Source of the DNA: Tubiluchus corallicola
Lineage: Eukaryota > Animalia > Priapulida
DNA: 64,000 nt
Direction: 5' to 3'
NCBI GenBank assembly: GCA_030141605.1
Contig: JAQGDQ010000670.1
Span: forward strand, 51,613-115,612
The position numbers were made by a program, and so were the translations under genes. The notes beneath the pieces are model-generated. The model worked only from the letters and a program-made list of their open reading frames with translations, was not told where the DNA came from and made no database searches. The first letter of the stretch is position 1. Every line of letters begins with the position of its first letter. Shown here piece by piece: positions 43,870-57,896 of this stretch.

Positions 43870-45200
43870 GAAGGTACATTAAATCCCCACAAATTGCTTT
43901 ATTCCATGAATTAGAAGCTACAGGATAGATATAATGACTATTTTTTGAAAAAAGATTTATAACGACAACAGTGATGACGGGGGTAAAAAACTTCGAACTT
44001 ATAGACCTTTTAAAACTGTATATTGTTTGGAAGAATATTTGCTTATGCGTAATAATCCGATTCCAAGCGAACGTATGTAGATTTAGATTGTGCACTAGAT
44101 TTAGAATTAGTGTCCACAAATTAGATATTAAGAGGGGGGAGGTATCATAAACCCAAAATACCTGCCCACCAAAGAATATGTAAAAGGTGTAAGATGAATC
44201 AAGTGGAAGATGAAATGCATTTTTGTATTACTTATCAAAATGTATTACTTGTCACTTTCGCCTGCGTATCAAAGTGAGAGAAAAGTTGGATTTGAAAATA
44301 TTTCCTCCTTTTGCAGAAATGCCTGAAAGTGAACAGTTTATGTTTATTAGTGGCCTAAATGATGCAGAGATGAGAATCCTGGTAATAAATTTTATCTACG
44401 ACATCAGTAAATAAGGGAAGAGAAACAGGACAGCAAATAACTTTAATCCAAACTCGTTGCCTGCGAAATGTGTTCTTACTATTGTTGTTTTTATGTGTTA
44501 TCATTGTGCTTTTATTATCATTGTGCTTTTGTTATCATTGTGATTTTGTTATCTTTGTGATTTTGTTATCATTGTGATTTTGTTATCATTGTGATTTTGT
44601 TATCATTGTAATTTTGTTATCATTGTAATTTTGTTATCATTGTGCTTTTGTTATCATTGTGATTTTGTTATCATTGTGCTTTTGTTATCATTGTGATTTT
44701 GTTATCATTGTGATTTTGTTATCATTGTGATTTTGTTATCATTGTGCTTTTGTTATCATTGTGATTTTGTTATCATTGTGATTTTGTTATCATTGTGATT
44801 TTGTTATCATTGTGATTTTGTTATCATTGTGATTTTGTTATCATTGTGATTTTGTTATCATTGTGATTTTGTTATCATTGTGATTTTGTTATCATTGTGA
44901 TTTTGTTATCATTGTGATTTTGTTATCATTGTGCTTTTGTTATCATTGTGATTTTGTTATCATTGTGATTTTGTTATCATTGTGATTTTGTTATCATTGT
45001 AATTTTGTTATCATTGTGATTTTGTTATCATTGTGCTTTTGTTATCATTGTGATTTTGTTAGTATTGTGTTTTTTGTACTATCGTCTCTACTACGTTTGA
45101 GCCGCTCCATCCTACGTACAGCATCGATGTTGATTTTTTATGTTATGTGCTCCTTATGTTGTATGTTCAGTAGACATTAAATATATACTTATATATATCA
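43870..45200 (+). mobile_element. RTE-X-like LINE 3' fragment
   Basis: Frameshifted KLRTYRPFKTVYCLEEYL..RFRISVHKLDI..GRYHKPKIPAHQRICKRCKMNQVEDEMHF. 3'UTR ends ATTAAA plus an AT-rich tail. Confidence 0.8.
44496..45070. repeat. Minisatellite, 17-bp unit x~33, inside the LINE 3'UTR
   Basis: Unit TTTTGTTATCATTGTGA. Confidence 0.97.
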
Positions 45201-45641
45201 TTCAGTTAAGATGTGCCTCTCTTAATTGCAAATGGCTTGCATCCTGACCTCCGTCGCGGTCTCTCTAAATGAAACCCTGCAAATCTCACTGATGAAACCA
45301 AGTGAGCACTACATGCGGCGTGATTGTTCCTTGCGCTGATTGCTATTTGTTTCCTGCTTTCCACAGATGGAAATGTCAGCTCAGAGTAGTACATTTAGAA
45401 GGGCCACGAGCAGCCAGAGTACATTTAATGCTGAACAGAGCTAATTTGCTATAAACCGGGAGATTTTTGCGAGCTACTATCATACACAATAACGTCTTTG
45501 TATCTGACATTCACCTTAAGTTCTTTTTGGATCAATGTAAGATCAGGATCTGCTGTCATTATTATTAATTATATCTGTATCTACACAGCCTAACGCTTAG
45601 ATCTTCTCAAAGCGCTCGCTACTTTTTATTAGTTTCATAGC

Positions 45642-46201
45642 CAGGATGCATAAGATTATGGATATGTATAAAATAAATAAAATAGCTTATTTTATGGATT
45701 TTTGAAATTTTATTTTATGGATGTCAATAAAATAAGAAATAGACTATATCTGGAACGAGATGCCCAGAGGGAAATCAATTAAAAAGTGAAAACAGGAGTG
45801 CTTGAAACGTGTTTTTAAACACGCAGGACTTAGTTTTAATTTTATTAGTCTACAGAGAGTACGTCTCTGGTGGCTGGGTCTCTCTCAGTTATTTTCAGAC
45901 CGAACTCCAGCTCATGCTTTGGTTGAAACTTCGCCATCTTGATAACAAAAAGACAATGAGAAAAAAACAATGTAAAATAGCAAATCCGGAAATGCGCTTT
46001 TGTTGGTTTGTTTCTTTCTCTTTCTCTCCTTCTAACGTTCGTTTTCAGTGTTGCCAATGCTTACAACTCGTTACTTTGTACAAAAAATAGCTAAAAAAAT
46101 ATTTTTTTATTTTATGCATTTCTTATTTTATGGATTTTTCAAATTTTATTTTATGGATTTCTGGTCTTATTTTATGGATATCTATAATCTTATGCAGCCT
46201 G
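45642..46201 (-). mobile_element. Non-autonomous hAT element with probable transposase N-terminal remnant
   Basis: Imperfect TIR CAGGATGCATAAGATTATGGATAT/ATATCTATAATCTTATGCAGCCTG; perfect 8-bp TSD TTCATAGC; multiple subterminal TATTTTATGGAT motifs. Minus strand reads MAKFQPKHELEFGLKITERDPATRDVLSVD. Confidence 0.9.
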
Positions 46202-47081
46202 TTCATAGCCGAATACTTTAACTATAATTGAAGTTAAAATACTTAAAAGTACATGGTGCTTGTTAACGGAGGATAGTTTGTTGAGAAATTAATGCGTTTA
46301 CGCGAATTGAATGCCATATCGACCAATTTATTTTAAGTCCTGAACTTCAATGTGTAAAATGTGTAATAATCATAATATGCAGGGTAGCTAAATTTTCATT
46401 TTAGATAGTGGAAAGGTGAGTCGTATATCTGCCATTCGTCTGAGTAGACCTAGTCCTAAATTATGGGATGTACAATAACTACAACTGAACATTTGGCAGC
46501 ACATTGTCAATAGTAACCCTTTACCCACGAAGTTGGCTTCATGTTTGCCATCTTTGCCGTGTTTGATTTAGGGTTGCGTTCGTCGTTGTCATTATCAGCT
46601 AAATTCGGCGGGCACACGACAAAGAATGGTGTTTGTCGTATGTTTAGTCAACGTCATCGTAAATTGCGCGTGAGAAAGAGAAGAGCAAATAGCGGAAATG
46701 ACGTGGAGTGTCATTCCAAGCCTCCCCGACAATCAGACCCGAATGAGAGGAGCAAAGCTGAACAAACTCATCAAAGCCAACTATGTGTTCGCAACAAAAA
46801 TCTAATACTAATAACGGCGCTGCAGTCTCTTGATTACAGCGCCGCTCCTTGAACTAGAACGTTGACTGAATTTCAATTACGGCATTGAAACTAATGGCGG
46901 CCGCCGATTTCGTTAATTAAATCACATTAAAAGAACTTCAAAGAACGATTTATTGCAGTTTTAAGAAAATTAACAAAGAAAATTAAAACTTGTCACAGAT
47001 TCCTCTACTTTCTCTCTCTCTCTCTCTCGGTGGAGTGACAGGCCGACGGCGTTACTCAGGGGTTGGTTAAATGGCCCCTGA

Positions 47082-48930
47082 TTTTTGTGTTCTTGACAAG
47101 TTAGCTGTTCAAAACTTAAATCATCCAGAGCATGTTTATATTTTTGACAAGTTAGCTGTTCAAAACTTAAATCATCCAGAGCATGTGTGTATTCTTGACA
47201 AGTTAGCTGTTCAAAACTTAAATCATCCAGAGCATGTGTGTATTTTTGACAAGTTAGCTGTTCAAAACTTAAATCATCCAGAGCATGTGCGTATTTTTGA
47301 CAAGTTAGCTGTTCAAAACTTAAATCATCCAGAGCATGTGTATATTTTTGACAAGTTAGCTGTTCAAAACTTAAATCATCCGGAGCATGTGTGTATTTTT
47401 GACAAGTTAGCTGTTCAAAACTTAAATCATCCAGAGCATGTGTGTATTTTTGACAAGTTAGCTGTTCAAAACTTAAATCATCCAGAGCATGTGCGACTTT
47501 TTGACAAGTTAGCTGTTCAAAACTTAAATCATCCGGAGCATGTGTGTATTTTTGACAAGTTAGCTGTTCAAAACTTAAATCATCCAGAGCATGTGCGACT
47601 TTTTGACAAGTTAGTTGTTCAAAACTTAAATCATCCAGAGCATGTGTGTATTTTTGACAAGTTAGCTGCTCAAAACTTAAATCATCCAGAGCATGTGTGT
47701 ATTCTTGACAAGTTAGCTGTTCAAAACTTAAATCATCCGGAGCATGTGTGTATTTTTGACAAGTTAGCTGCTCAAAACTTAAATCATCCAGAGCATGTGT
47801 GTATTTTTGACAAGTTAGCTGTTCAAAACTTAAATCATCCAGAGCATGTGTGTATTCTTGACAAGTTAGCTGTTCAAAACTTAAATCATCCAGAGCATGT
47901 GTGTATTTTTGACAAGCTAGCTGTTCAAAACTTAAATCATCCAGAGCATGTGCGTATTTTTGACAAGTTAGCTGTTCAAAACTTAAATCATCCAGAGCAT
48001 GTGCGACTTTTTGACAAGTTAGCTGTTCAAAACTTAAATCATCCGGAGCATGTGTGTATTTTTGACAAGTTAGCTGTTCAAAACTTAAATCATCCAGAGC
48101 ATGTGCGACTTTTTGACAAGTTAGTTGTTCAAAACTTAAATCATCCAGAGCATGTGTGTATTTTTGACAAGTTAGCTGCTCAAAACTTAAATCATCCAGA
48201 GCATGTGTGTATTCTTGACAAGTTAGCTGTTCAAAACTTAAATCATCCGGAGCATGTGTGTATTTTTGACAAGTTAGCTGCTCAAAACTTAAATCATCCA
48301 GAGCATGTGTGTATTTTTGACAAGTTAGCTGTTCAAAACTTAAATCATCCAGAGCATGTGTGTAATTTTGACAAGTTAGCTGTTCAAAACTTAAATCATC
48401 CAGAGCATGTGTGTAATTTTGACAAGTTAGCTGTTCAAAACTTAAATCATCCAGAGCATGTGTGTAATTTTGACAAGTTAGCTGCTCAAAACTTAAATCA
48501 TCCAGAGCATGTGTGTATTTTTGACAAGTTAGCTGTTCAAAACTTAAATCATCCAAAGCATGTGTGTATTTTTGACAAGTTAGCTGTTCAAAACTTAAAT
48601 CATCCAGAGCATGTGTGTATTTTTGACAAGTTAGCTGTTCAAAACTTAAATCATCCAGAGCATGTGTGTATTTTTGACAAGTTAGCTGTTCAAAACTTAA
48701 ATCATCCAGAGCATGTGTGTATTTTTGACAAGTTAGCTGTTCAAAACTTAAATCATCCAGAGCATGTGTGTATTTTTGACAAGTTAGCTGTTCAAAACTT
48801 AAATCATCCAGAGCATGTGTGTATTTTTGACAAGTTAGCTGCTCAAAACTTAAATCATCCAGAGCATGTGTGTATTTGTGACAAGTTAGCTGTTCAAAAC
48901 TTAAATCATCCAAAGCATGTGTGTATTTTG
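47082..48930. repeat. Minisatellite, 51-bp unit x~36
   Basis: Unit TTTTTGACAAGTTAGCTGTTCAAAACTTAAATCATCCAGAGCATGTGTGTA. Confidence 0.98.
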
Positions 48931-49204
48931 AGCGACGGTGTCTAATGTCACAAACATTAAGTTAAATTTTGATTAATTATATATAATCTTAATTTCAAGA
49001 TTACTGGTTAACAATGGAAGGAACCAAAATTGTTATTTCATTTGTGAAACCAAGCTTGACCAATAAAAGCACACAGTTTTCAGTCTGAATTTGCATACCT
49101 GTCATGATTAAAAGATATTCGGTAGTCTATTGGTCATGGCGCATGTAATTTAAAGGTACATCTTTCAATCAAGACCCAATTTCTTCTTTTTTTACTTTTT
49201 TTCT

Positions 49205-49413
49205 TTTTTTTCTTTCACTGTGTGGGACAATCTAACAAACCCTGCTTTTTGATTGCCCGCAACACATTTACATTCGTACATAGGTGAACAGTGTTTGAGG
49301 CTTTTCCTGTGCAGTATTTCTTATTTGTATTACGTTCATTGTAGGCCCTTTCACTAGATATTGTACATGAAACTATTGTAAATGTGTAATGTGAAATAAA
49401 TGACTTATGACTT
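49205..49413 (+). mobile_element. LINE 3'UTR fragment (family of 16378-16900) just upstream of an exon
   Basis: Near-identical reverse complement of 16378-16590. Confidence 0.8.
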
Positions 49414-49441
49414 ACATACACAATATATTCCTCTATTTTAG

Positions 49442-49600
49442 TGTCACCTCGATTTATAAAATCAGAAAACAGTGTGACAGACGTGGACGTTGTTAAAGGG
49501 GAAAACGTCAGTTTGTCTTGCAACGCCACCGGTCAGCCAGAACCAGACATATCGTGGAGGCGAGCGGACGCTAGTGAAATAGCCACTTTAGAACAACCAG
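49442..49600 (+). CDS. DIP/lachesin/IgLON-like protein, exon for N-half of Ig2
   Basis: TTTTAG acceptor and CAG|GTAAAA donor; phase 1 to 1. (V)SPRFIKSENSVTDVDVVKGENVSLSCNATGQPEPDISWRRAD. Confidence 0.95.
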
Positions 49601-49699
49601 GTAAAATAATACAGTGCTCGAAGTAATCACGATTTTAGTAATAGTTTGTGATGTTTTGCATCAGTGAGTCAGGACTACAGACCATTTTAAGATGTGTTA

Positions 49700-49873
49700 T
49701 CCGAAAATCATCGTCTGACAAAGAATATAATTTTCCTTGACGCGTTTTTTTAATTGCAAGTTGAAAATTTGCTGCCGACGCAAGCCCTGTATGCAAAAAA
49801 GGCAGTATATAAGCGGTAGAAAATTTCAAGATTCTTTACGGTTTAAGAAAGTTGAGGTTTTCTTATGTTTTAA
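49700..49873 (+). mobile_element. Degenerate right part of a family B element
   Basis: GCCGACGCAAGCCCTGTATGCAAAAAAGGCAG..GAGGTTTTCTT resembles 61097-61198. Confidence 0.6.
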
Positions 49874-50465
49874 TTAAGGGATAATTTTATTGATTTTTTG
49901 CGAATTTTAACGCAGTATTCACATATTACGCAACGTCATTGGAAGTCTGAAAAAGTTAAAAATTTAGCGAAGTCAAGTCCTGACTGGTGTTGGTGTTAGA
50001 TCGATTTCAAACTTTCAAACTTGCAAAATTTTCAATCTTCATCGCTTTAATTCGCAGTAGAAAAATTAAAAACCTTCAACAATACTGGCAAACGTAGAGT
50101 GTGACAGAACGATCGTACCAGAATGAAAAGACTGAATTGTCGTGACAGGACGAGGCACTGAAGACGGGTAACGTAAGGACAGAGCAAAACAGGACAAACT
50201 GTTGTCATGGCCGGCCTTAGGTAATTGGAGGCCCTAGGCGAAGTGAATTTGGTGGCCCCAAATGAAATAGAAAAATAAAAAATAAATACGAAAAAAATAA
50301 AATTACGCAATTTATTAAAAACTACCTGCATTTATATCTAAATCAACAAATAACTGAAATTTATACAAACATGTTCGTGCAGATGTCATAAACCTTCAAC
50401 AAAAATCAACTTTTCGTGCTTTGATGGCAGCAAAGTCTGCAATAAATTGTGAATAATCCAGAGAC

Positions 50466-50806
<341 letters not shown>

Positions 50807-51099
50807 GAATAGGTTTAATACGTTGTAAATGCTTTTAGAAATTTTAAACATATCCCTACAAATAGAGTGAATGTATTCTGTACATAGTTTTTAAAAATAA
50901 AGAATATTAATAATAATACTCTAAATATAAAGTCGAGCAGCGTATACCATTGCGCATATATCTCCTTCCTTACCTCAAAACCTTACCAAGCATGTCCAGA
51001 TTAATACTGCAAGGAAAACGGTACTGAAACTAATTACAATGAGGAACAGGATTAGTATCAGCATCCTCTGTATACAATAACATGCACGATTATTTACAG

Positions 51100-51228
51100 G
51101 ATTAACATCAAAAGGAAATACGCTGGATTTGTACGCTGTACAAAGGAAAGACGCTGGAACATATCAGTGTATTGCATCTAATGGAGTCTTACCAGCCGTA
51201 AGCAGAAGCATTGAAGTAAAAGTACAAT
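51100..51228 (+). CDS. DIP/lachesin/IgLON-like protein, exon for C-half of Ig2
   Basis: TTTACAG acceptor and AT|GTGAGT donor; phase 1 to 1. (G)LTSKGNTLDLYAVQRKDAGTYQCIASNGVLPAVSRSIEVKVQ has the DxGxYxCIASNGV motif. Confidence 0.95.
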
Positions 51229-51240
51229 GTGAGTTTGTAC

Positions 51241-51250
51241 TCTCTCTCTT

Positions 51251-51306
<56 letters not shown>

Positions 51307-51313
51307 GCTCTCC

Positions 51314-51364
<51 letters not shown>

Positions 51365-51406
51365 GCTCTCCCTCTCTCTTTCTCTCTCTCTCTCCCTCTC
51401 TCTCTC
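51241..51406. repeat. (CT)n microsatellite
   Basis: Directly visible, 12 bp after the donor. Confidence 0.95.
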
Positions 51407-51764
51407 AACACAGGCGAGCAGGAAAAGCTAAAGTGTGTTGTACTGCGCTTCCTTGCATACACAACTCCACTCCATGTCAAAATTACATTTGCTATACCTA
51501 ATGGCTTCACCATTCGTGAATTGAAACTCTACCTTATTCCTCGGATTTTGATCAATTTTTCCTCTTTCTTAAATTGTATTGTATTTTGTATTGCATTACG
51601 TTTGAAATTTGAACTCTCTCTATATGTTCGCCACAAGAACAACCTGCTATTTATTATGACAATTTCACATCAGTGTCAGCCTGTAATTAGTTGTCATAAG
51701 CGACGAATAAATTTATATGGTTAGAGGCTTACCAAGAATACAGAAAAATGTGTTACCAGAAATA

Positions 51765-52360
51765 TGGTTCCAAACTTTACAAACTCATTTGCTAAACATG
51801 AATTTCAGACTCACCAATTGGTTACAAACTTTACAAACTCATTTTCTAAACATGAATTTCAGACTCACCAATTGGTTACAAACTTTACAAACTCATTTTC
51901 TAAACATGAATTTCAGACTCACCAATTGGTTACAAACTTTACAAACTCATCTTCTAAACATGAATTTCAGACTCACCTACTGGTTCCAAACTTTACAAAC
52001 TCATTTTCTAAACATGAATTTCAGACTCACCTACTGGTTACAAACTTTACAAACTCATTTTCTAAACATGAATTTCAGACTCACCTACTGGTTACAAACT
52101 TTACAAACTCATTTTCTAAACATGAATTTCACACTCACCTACTGGTTCCAAACTTTACAAACTCATTTTCTAAACATGAATTTCAGACTCACCTACTGGT
52201 TACAAACTTTACAAACTCATTTTCTAAACATGAATTTCAGACTCACCTACTGGTTACAAACTTTACAAACTCATTTTCTAAACATGAATTTCAGACTCAC
52301 CTACTGGTTACAAACTTTACAAACTCATTTTCTAAACATGAATTTCAGACTCACCTACTG
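51765..52360. repeat. Minisatellite, 54-bp unit x11
   Basis: Unit TGGTTACAAACTTTACAAACTCATTTTCTAAACATGAATTTCAGACTCACCTAC. Confidence 0.97.
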
Positions 52361-52538
52361 TACGACCCGGTCGACTTCCGCTAAAAGGCGTCACTGCTGA
52401 ATCAAATTTGACTCTCAAGTGCCACGTGGACAGCTACCCTCGAGCTACTGGTTACTGGTTTAAAGACAACGAACAAATAGATGACACCAACGACAAATAT
52501 TTACCACAGATCATATCAAAGTCACGTGAGTATCGCGC

Positions 52539-52873
52539 AAAAATTGTGAAAATCGTTCATTTAATTTAAACATAATTTTATTACGCGCTTTGTACCAGAA
52601 AGTTCTAACAACTTTCTAGGGCACTCCCTCTCTAGTAAGTTTAACAACTGTTAGTATTAATACACAAATATATAAAAATATTTACAAAGTTATAGTTCCT
52701 GGTGTAAGTAGCTACTACTTAATCTGTGCACTTAACTTGTTCATCGCTGATTAAACATGCATCTTCACTATATAAATGAATCAATTCATTATTTAAAACG
52801 TCTCGATTCAGTTATGAACAACTGTACACAATCAAACATTTTTCAATTATCTACATAACTTAGATTTTCATCT
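52539..52873 (-). mobile_element. CR1-like 3'UTR fragment; left arm of an inverted pair with 54866-55190
   Basis: Reverse-complement match over ~330 bp; AATAAAATTATGTTTAAATTAAAT tail. Confidence 0.75.
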
Positions 52874-52996
52874 CCGTGGAGTAACAAATTTATAATATTT
52901 CTTACTGCCAAATTTCTAATATCATTGTTACTATATAAAGCATTAACCTTTTAAACATATTATTTCTTGGTATCATATGGTTTGAACAATTTAAAA

Positions 52997-53594
52997 TAAT
53001 TAATAACGGTCATCCAGTATTGCCGAATTGTAACTGTGGATTTCGATTTGAGTCTGTTGAACACTTTCTGTTGTACTGTCCATTGTATCAACTAACTAGG
53101 ATTGTTATATTTGATAAATTAAATGAAATACTTCTGCCCGAAAACCTTAATATAGCTGCCTTAGGAAATAATGATCTGTTGAAGTTGTTATTATTCGGAA
53201 AAGATGAATTTAACTATGTTGCTAACTGTAAAATATTCCAATGTATACATGACTTTATATTATGTACTAAACGCCTCCAGTAGTTTCTATCTGATATGAA
53301 ATGCATCAGTCTTAAATATTCGTACATTAATATTTTCTAACCGTCATTTTCTACTAATGTCTAATGTAATCTTGTAGTAAAACTTGTCAGCTCGTGTAGT
53401 TATAGTCAATTCTTACTGTAAATGTTACTAATGTCTAATGTAATCTTGTAGTAAAACTTGTCAGCTTGTGTAGTTATAGTCCATTCTTATTGTAAATTTT
53501 TTTGTAAATAGTGTATAAAGTCTGTTGTGGTGAGGATCCTAAATCATGTTGTTCAAACTGTCTGATCCAATCCTAAATAAATTATGTTTAAACT
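52997..53594 (+). mobile_element. CR1-like LINE 3' fragment (copy 2 of 3; two 74-bp units)
   Basis: ORF 53020-53283 PNCNCGFRFESVEHFLLYCPLY..LLFG..IF..FILCTKRL*; TSD AACAATTTAAAA (52985-52996, 53595-53606). Confidence 0.88.
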
Positions 53595-54048
53595 AACAAT
53601 TTAAAAAAAATGTTCATATGAAAAAAAAGTGAAACTGGTTTAGGTGTTACTATCAGGCTTGGTATAGATGCCACCACTATTAATTCGTCTTTCTCAATTC
53701 ATCCATCTCTGGATCATGGCCATAGTGGTTAAGGATTATGTATAACGTAGCTCACAGAAGACTATTAAATACGCCAGGAAGTATCTCTAAAAATAACATT
53801 GTTCATCACGACATTAAAGATTTGTACGAAGACTGCACGACATATTAGTCACACACAGATTGCTTTCACATGGATCATTTATGCCTGCATTGGATCCACA
53901 TGGATCCACATCGCCATCAAGTGAACCACGGCAAACCGTATCGTGCATGGATCCACCTGATCTATTCTTGACTTTCGTTTAATGTAGACTCGTCGTCACT
54001 AATTCAATTAAAGTAGAATGTCTAATAAAGAGAATGTCTGATAACCCC

Positions 54049-54490
54049 CATGCTGTATCAACTAGCTAGGGTTGTTATGTTTGATAAATTAGATGAAATA
54101 CTTCTGCCTGAAAACCTTAATATAGCTGCTTTAGGAACTAATGATCTGTTGAAGTTGTTATTATTCGGAAAAGATGAATTTAACTGTGTTGTTAACTGTA
54201 AAATATTCCAATGTATACATGACTTTATATTACGTACTAAACGCTTCCAGTAGTTTCTATCTGATATGAAATGCATCAGTCTTAAATATTCGTACATTAA
54301 TATTTTCTAACCGTCATTTTCTACTAATGTCTAATGTAATCTTGTAGTAAAACTTGTCAGCTTGTGTAGTTATAGTCTATTCTTACTGTAAATGTTTTTG
54401 TAAATAGTGTATAAAGTCTGTTGTGGTGAGGATCCTAAATCACGTTGTTCAAACTGTCTGATCCAATCCTATAATAAATTATGTTTAAAC
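54049..54490 (+). mobile_element. CR1-like LINE 3' fragment (copy 3 of 3; one 74-bp unit)
   Basis: ORF 54050-54253 is homologous to copy 2; candidate TSD TAACCCC. Confidence 0.88.
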
Positions 54491-54865
54491 TAACCCCTTG
54501 CTCGATGACCGCAGCAGGAGCCCGTTCTACTGCACTAATTATCATTTTTAACTAATCGTGATGCAGAAGAGTGGGCTAGTTGTCAATTGATCAACTAAGA
54601 TTTTATTTACGAAATAACCAAATGGCCTATACGTTCTTACTAAACTTTACAGCGTAGCTTATTTTATGAAAAAATTGTGTAGTGTGAGAGATTACGTTTT
54701 GTGCTTTAAGCTCAGAGTCTAAACAGAACAAAAACTAATTCTAATTTAGATCAGGTGTTTAGTCTATTTACCGACTGCACCTAAACTCTATCTCTGTATT
54801 CGTAGAGCTTTTACTTATATGGATTTAGTTAAATGACTGTGAGTTGTAAGCCTACTAGTGGTACT

Positions 54866-55190
54866 AGATGAAAATCTAAGTTATGTAGATAACTGAAAAA
54901 TGTTTGATAGTGTACAGTTGTTTATCACTGAAACGAGACGTTTTAAATAATGAATTGATTCATTTATATAGTGAAGATGCATGTTCAATCAGCGATAGGC
55001 AAGTTAAGTGTACAGATTAAGTAGTAGCTACTTACACCAGGAACTATAACTTTGTAAATATTTTTATATATATTTGTGTATTATTACTAACAGTTGTTAA
55101 ACTTACCCGCGCATAAGTTGTGAAAACTTTCAGGTACAAAGCGCGTAATAAAATTATGTTTAAATTAAATTAACCATTTTCACAATTTTT
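54866..55190 (+). mobile_element. CR1-like 3'UTR fragment; right arm of the inverted pair
   Basis: See 52539-52873. Confidence 0.75.
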
Positions 55191-56262
55191 TCACAATTTT
55201 CACAATTTTTTTGAATATTGTATATTTAAATTAAACGCTTCATTTGCCGTAAAATGAAATTGTTACAATAAAATACCGATTTCACAACGTGTTTGTTGAA
55301 AACAGGAAAGTAGCTACTAAATGATCTATTCAAAACATCAGAAATAAAATACGATCGAATGGTATTTTTGACAAAGCACATTTCATACGTGACACGTCTT
55401 TGTACACGTAATCGCTTTTTGTTCAGCAAACAGACAATGAAAAGCTTTTGCCAGAATTACTAGTTGTTCAGATTGTCTTTTGCCCGCCATCTTCATTTCA
55501 ATAAAATCTTGTAAATACTTCAGAATCATGCAAAGGTCGGTTTTATGTGTCACGAAGATATCAACTTTTCCACACATTTTAATCCCTTTGGGAAAGAAAA
55601 CAATTATTATCTATCGTAAGAATTGTGCTGAGATTTCTATGCAGAGTGCAAGTTGCCTGGCGGGCAATTTGGCAAGCAGTATTCTTTTTCTCGTGCTAGA
55701 ATTGATTAGGAAGGTACGCTTTCCTGCAGGGCGAAACAAAACGAGGAAATCAAAGTTTTTGTTTCGCGTTCGCATCTTCGCTTGTTGCAAAACAGCCCCC
55801 GAGCTGAGCAAGACAATTTACTTTAAACGTAATCGCTCGTCGTTTACTCGAGGAAAACGGCTCTTGAATTTTCACTTCCAGGAGAGCAATTTATTCCTTA
55901 AGTTATTGCCAACTACGTATTAAAGACGTAAGCGGCGGGTTAAACTCTGTTCTGCTTTCTAACGACGGGACTAACAGACACCTGTATAATATGCAGCGTG
56001 ATGTCGTGAAGCTCACGATTTCTTGATCTTATTTTTATTAATTAATAATTTGTAATTATTACCAATAGTCATATTATTACATTCTTTTGTTAAAACATAG
56101 AAAACATAAGACATACAAGAAATTTCAGCTATACAGTCTAAACTTTCATCCTTGAACTAGTATGCATAACATTTACCTTCATTGAATTTCTGGCTTCCTT
56201 TCACTTCATGGAAAATTTTTACCTGGGCAGTTGGGTTTTACAAATCACATTGTAAGCATGTG

Positions 56263-56871
<609 letters not shown>

Positions 56872-57896
56872 AATGTATGGTATCACTACTGATTTATAAA
56901 ATAAGGTTTACGAGATATAAAAGCGAAACTCACCTGTATTCTACTTGATTTATCAGCATCTTAGCACTTACCTTTAGAAACTTCTGCAACTGCTCAGTGT
57001 TATTAAAAAATTTTAATTAAGCTTTAAACATTGTCTTTTTTCTTGACATGTAATATATTACATAAATTAAAGCTGCGCTTAGGGTAAAATAATATTAACC
57101 CTTATAGGGTCACGATTATTTACAACCGATTTTGGTAACCGGGGGGGGGGTAAAAATTACTCCCACCAAAAATCATCGCTATTTTGAATTTATTGCCTAC
57201 TACTTGTAGTTTTGAGTAGACTAGTTCTACGCCAGCATACAGACGTCTGACATTTTGTTTTATCAGTTACATCGCCCGTATAATGTATAGACAAGCGAAA
57301 TCTATAAGGTTTGATGGGTTTGTTCACGATTTTTGTTCATGTCTCATCTCTAACTAATTACTCACTGGATTAATTGATTTTTTTCTCAAAAGAGGGCGCC
57401 TGCGACACTAAATCATTATTGTTCGAGTCCTAGCACTTCAAAATTCATTGCTTAAGTCATAGTTTTAGCGCAGAAAAGAGTAAATTTGTACTGTGTGACA
57501 TAAGTTACGATAGCGCGAAAGCGATATATCAAAAAGAAGTGTAAAGTTTTCATCTGGGACGCATGCTTCACAATTTACTTTCCTAACGAAATGAAAAATA
57601 GCTGAGCTATTGTGTAGAATTCTAATGAACTTTCCCTGCTGATTCCCTGAATCAAGTTAAAATTTAATGAGCAAAACTGAGTTCAAACCGGAAGTACGAA
57701 AACTGTAACGCATAGAAGAAAACATCAGGCTTAGGGTTGCATAGTTGTTTATTCTAAAAAAATAAACAAATAAAGAACTGATAAGAAACAAACTACTCAG
57801 AGTAAATGTACTATTGTCCGACTTACTGTCAATATGTTAACCTGTTTAACCTAATATACCTGGTGTTGCAGGTAAAAATGTTTTGGTTCATTACCC

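Noticed and set aside
47056-47081. Hairpin TCAGGGG..CCCCTGA beside the 51-bp array as a Helitron 3' end
   Set aside because: No CTRR terminus at the expected distance on either strand and no 5' TC context.
46970-48945. 647-aa and 624-aa ORFs on opposite strands
   Set aside because: The 51-bp unit is a multiple of 3 with no stop in those frames. Overlapping antisense ORFs ending at the array edges indicate an artefact.
51717-52400. 227-aa and 206-aa repetitive ORFs
   Set aside because: Artefact of the 54-bp tandem unit.
57095-57170. piggyBac-like TTAA-CCC left end
   Set aside because: No matching GGG-TTAA right end was found, so element boundaries cannot be supported.
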